The notes under the pieces were generated by a model. That model was not told the origin of the DNA and searched no databases. It was given only the letters and a program-made list of their open reading frames with translations. Below, piece by piece: positions 59,964 through 64,000 of a DNA stretch of 64,000 nucleotides. The DNA comes from Octopus vulgaris. Lineage: Eukaryota. The position numbers were made by a program, and so were the translations under genes. Numbering within the stretch: position 1 is the first letter of the stretch; each line of letters begins with the position of its first letter. Location: positions 2,542,001 through 2,606,000 of the forward strand of contig OX597827.1 in NCBI GenBank assembly GCA_951406725.2, in the 5' to 3' direction.

Positions 59964-60070
59964 ATTTCTTGCTGAAGAATTCGAGGGCTTATGGAAGATT
60001 GGCTTGATTTAATTTAATCAGGTTAGTTTACCATTAAACAGCGAATGAAACGGTATACCGTACAAGAAAT
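59964..60070 (+). ncRNA. Type I hammerhead ribozyme, copy 4
   Basis: Same sequence as copy 1; predicted cleavage after 60062. Confidence 0.85.
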
Positions 60071-60296
60071 TACAGGGTAAATGTTTTTTAATTTTCTCCT
60101 GTTAACGGAATTGATCTTTATTTGCGGTAGAAGCTTTGGCTGTTATTTCTAGTGGGTGAATGGCCTATTATGGCCGTTCCTTAATTGTTAATGTTGAACT
60201 TAAAAATGGTCTATGACTATTTAATTTTTTTCCCACTGGGCCGCTGGTGGCAATAAATTTCTACAAAATTTTCCTTGCCACCCTATATTGATTAAT

Positions 60297-60331
<35 letters not shown>

Positions 60332-60798
60332 TTATATATACATACACACACACACATATATATATGTATGTATGTATATATATATTTCTATATATACATA
60401 TATTCATACATATGTAAACATATATCTATCTATCTCTATATATATATATTATATATGTATATATATATATTATGTATACAGATATAAAAACACACGAGCT
60501 AAACTTGAAAAATAATAGTCTTATATTAGAAAAAACGGTGGTGATATATGTGTGTGTATGGTGTATGTATGTGCGTGTGTGTAAACGTATGTGCATGTGT
60601 GTATGCGTGGGTACGTATGTTATTAATTAAATAGAAGAATGGATGCACAAAGCCGGAGAAGTGGATAAGCAATTATTTTAAATCGAATTTTTGTTACTTC
60701 TCTGATACTAAAGGTTCCCTGTTCAGTATTTTTCAACTAGCATGCCAAATATGAATAACACTTCGGCATTAAAGTCGACGGTATATATGAGTGTGTAA

Positions 60799-61020
60799 GG
60801 CGGCGAGCTGGCAGAAACGTTAGCACGCCGGGCGAAATGCGTAGCCGTATTTCGTCTGCCGTTATGTTCTGAGTTCAAATTCCGCCGAGGTCGACTTTGC
60901 CTTTCATCCTTTCGGGGTCGATAAATTAAGTACCAGTTACGCACTGGGGTCGACTTAATCCGCTTGTCTGTCCTTGTTTGTCCCCTCTATGTTTAGTCCC
61001 TTGTGGGTAATAAATAAACA
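60799..61020 (+). mobile_element. SINE family B with 19-bp TSD
   Basis: Head ggcggcgagctggcagaaacgttag; B-box gagttcaaattc; central gcctttcatcctttcggggtcgataaa; TSD ggtatatatgagtgtgtaa at 60780 and 61021. Confidence 0.9.
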
Positions 61021-61099
61021 GGTATATATGAGTGTGTAAACACACACATACATACACACATGTATACCAGGTTGACCATTTCAAGCTTTAATTAATAAT

Positions 61100-62040
61100 T
61101 CAAACAAATTACATGCGAAAAGCGTTTGCTTATTCATCAAAATATATCCTATCATATTCTATTATATGTTGCCATCGTTGTACCGGAAGTTCAATTCCAC
61201 ACTTACACAATTTGGTTGGTTTAGAGGTAAAAAAACTCCCTGTAACCATTTTCAACCGCATCCATATTGTTTCCGTGCAGGATATGAGCTATGGCTCTGA
61301 AAAGGTGGTAATCTGATGATGCTAGTTCTGGACAGCGAGCAGGGTGAGGCAGCACCTCTAGCCCTTCAAGTTCCTCAAGTTTACGCCTGGTTACATTGGC
61401 AGTGTGTACTGGAGCATTGTCATGTTGTAGGAGTACGCGTCTTCGATCGACCAGTGGGCCTTCAAAGCAGACATACTTGCTGCAGTTCTTAAGCATAAAC
61501 CTTAGTATTCATAGCATGAGTGTCTGGGACAAACTCAAAGTGCAGCTCTCACTCGAAATATTACCAAACACACATGACCTTCTGTCCAAACCGTCCTTGT
61601 TTGACAAACTTTGAAGCCTGACCGAAACGAAACCCCCGATTTCTCTTATAATGTGGCAATATGATGTCCAAAACGGGCAGCTCGAGGATTTGTCAGTAGT
61701 TGTTTGCAAATGCTCACACGTCCGTCGTTGAGTCATTGGTCTGGTCAGGTCATGAAGAACTTCTCGATAGCGTCTGTTGACAAGGCAGACGTCATGGATG
61801 CGTCGACAGATGGTGAACCGTGAAGGGTTAAATTCTACCGATAGTGTACAACTGCTTGTAATTGTTTGGTTAACCTCATATTTTAAAACAAAAGGTCTCC
61901 TTGACCTTGGTTTGTTTTTGAGGTTGGTGTTACCTTCCTTGAAACGTCTGAAGCAGTTTTGTGCCACACATTCGTCGACAGTTCCTGGTCCTTTCATATC
62001 ATTAAATTCTTTCGCTGCAGCTTTTGTATTCACCACTCAT
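61100..62040 (-). pseudogene. Mariner transposase remnant
   Basis: N-terminal GTVDECVAQNCFRRFKEGNTNLKNKPRSRRP; LQHDNAPVHTA; HPARCPELASSDYHLFR; frameshifted. Confidence 0.9.
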
Positions 62041-62371
62041 TATCAAAATTGTTAAACAAAGGATATACATACATTTAATGTTTATATGTTATTTATGAAA
62101 GTAACTAATAAACTATTCAGTAACGATGAATAACAAATTGCATCAAATTAATGATGTAACATGGAGATACAAGTTTCCAATAACCATTAGTCAAAATATA
62201 TATAAATTTAATGCAAAATATATGGATTTATCTAATCCGATGATAATCACAAAAAACTCCTTTAGTAAACCAATCCATAGGGGTGAGATGTAGAGTCCTA
62301 TGCAGTTGAAATTTAGTAAATCCAGTCAGTAATGATTATCTCATAAGAAGTATATAAAATATAAAGAAAGT

Positions 62372-62533
62372 GGATCTGAAGAGCTAGCCTTCTATACCCG
62401 CGTAAGCTTGTAAAATATATATTAGTACTATGTAACTTACAACATACACAATAGTGCAGATATGTAAAATAATTTGTTATACACCAAAATAAATTATTTT
62501 CCAATGACGTTGGCTGCGAAACGACCGTCATCT
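62372..62533 (+). ncRNA. Putative type I hammerhead with ~120-nt insert in helix II
   Basis: ggat-CTGAAGA-gctagcc ... ggctgc-GAAA-cgaccGTC-atct; the element ends at (TA)n near 62585. Confidence 0.5.
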
Positions 62534-62579
62534 TGTGGACATTAACTGGTGAAATAAAGATATTCATCTCATGCCTCCT

Positions 62580-62645
<66 letters not shown>

Positions 62646-63026
62646 CAAAGCGTTGACATCAACAGTGTTTGCATTCATAACGTGTATTGCCGCCACTGAT
62701 AAGCTTCCTTACTTGTTTCTGTTACTTTCTCGTACGTACGCACACACCTGCACACACATACACCACATATATAAGTCATATATAAATTGAATATATGAAA
62801 GTATCGGCTTCCATTCAACTTATCCTTCATCAGGATATGATAGATAGATAGATAGATAGATAGATACATACATACATACATACATACATACATACATACA
62901 TACATACATACATACATACATGCATGCATACATAGAGAGAGAAACAGACAGAAAGAAAGAGTGTGAGAGAGAGACAGACATAAAGACCGATATAAAGACA
63001 TACCTCTTCGTCGAAACCTGGAACGG

Positions 63027-63120
<94 letters not shown>

Positions 63121-64000
63121 TGATGGGTGTTTTTATAAAATCCATTCACACACCTTTGGTCTATCCGAAGTCATATTTCAAGACAGTTAAATTGCGTTGC
63201 CCAAGGTGCTACGCAATGGAACCGAACCCAGAACCATATGGATGGGAAGCAAACTTCTTACTACCCAACCTCACCTTCGTACATTTTTTTAACCTTTTTA
63301 GTATCATGATATCATCACCCTCACACCCCTTCCATCAGTACTGACTACCAGCAAATATCAAATGGAGTGTGTGTGTGTGTGTGTGTTGGGGAGGAGAGGA
63401 CATTTTTAAAGTTCTCTTGTATTCCAAGAAATATCATTTTGAGGAGGGAAGTACAATGATTAATGCTGACGTACAGGTGTTGCTGTTTGAAGAAATTTAC
63501 AGTGGGTCGGGTGGGTGGGCGAATCTTTGATGATGGTGGTGGTGGTGGTGGTGACGGTGGCGGTGCTGGTGGTGGTGATGATGCTGCTGCTGATGTTGTT
63601 TTTGTTGTTGTTGTTGTTGTTGATGATGATGATGATGATGATAATGATGAGGACGACGATGATGGTGGTAACGACAAATGACGCTAATGATGATAATGAT
63701 GATGACGACGATGATGATGATGATAATAGGGGGGGTTATGGTTGTTGTGGTGGTGGTTGAGGTGGTGGTGGTGGTGGTGGTGGTAACGGTGGTGGTTGTG
63801 GTAGTTATGGTGGTTGTAGTGGTTGTGTTGGTTGTGACTGTGGTGGTGGTGGGTGGTGGTGGTGGTAGTGGTGGTGGTGGTGGTGGTGATGTTGGTTTCG
63901 TTGGTGGTAGTGGTGGTGACCGTGCCGCGGTAAATGAAAAAAAAAAAAAAGAAAATTTCGGATAAATAAATGAAACAAATACTACCGCAAAAAAAGTGAA

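Larger units (their letters stand above)
58453..60298 (+). mobile_element. Tandem array of ~492-bp units (3.75 copies), each with a hammerhead ribozyme; candidate non-LTR retrozyme / Penelope-dependent element
   Basis: Unit starts (gatgcctcgtg) at 58453, 58944, 59437 and 59929. Copies are near-identical, differing mainly in T-run length. (TA)n flanks both sides. There is no credible coding ORF. Confidence 0.85.

Noticed and set aside
58453-60298. CRISPR array or ordinary satellite interpretation
   Set aside because: There are no unique spacers and the context is eukaryotic. The hammerhead in every unit and the TA flanks argue against a plain satellite.

Overview
Non-coding, extremely microsatellite-rich animal DNA. 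The repeat families and the density of (TA)n/(CA)n/(ATC)n tracts suggest an octopus genome; this is an inference. I could not support any host protein-coding gene, and almost every long ORF is a translated simple repeat. The window holds many tRNA-derived SINEs of at least three families, decayed Tc1/mariner transposases, MITEs, R4/Dong-like and other LINE fragments, and a Penelope-type GIY-YIG remnant. The main find is a set of short, (TA)n-embedded elements carrying type I hammerhead ribozyme (HHR) folds. The best is a near-perfect ~492-bp tandem array at 58453-60298 with four HHRs, each with an unusually long helix II. It looks like a non-LTR retrozyme that could self-process into ~492-nt (circular) RNAs. 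Other HHR candidates are at 16504, 18591 (compensatory U3-A8 core), 62372 (~120-nt helix II insert) and in a dispersed ~200-bp family with variant cores. Numerous fold-back hairpins and inverted duplications are also present. All alignments and folds were done by eye.
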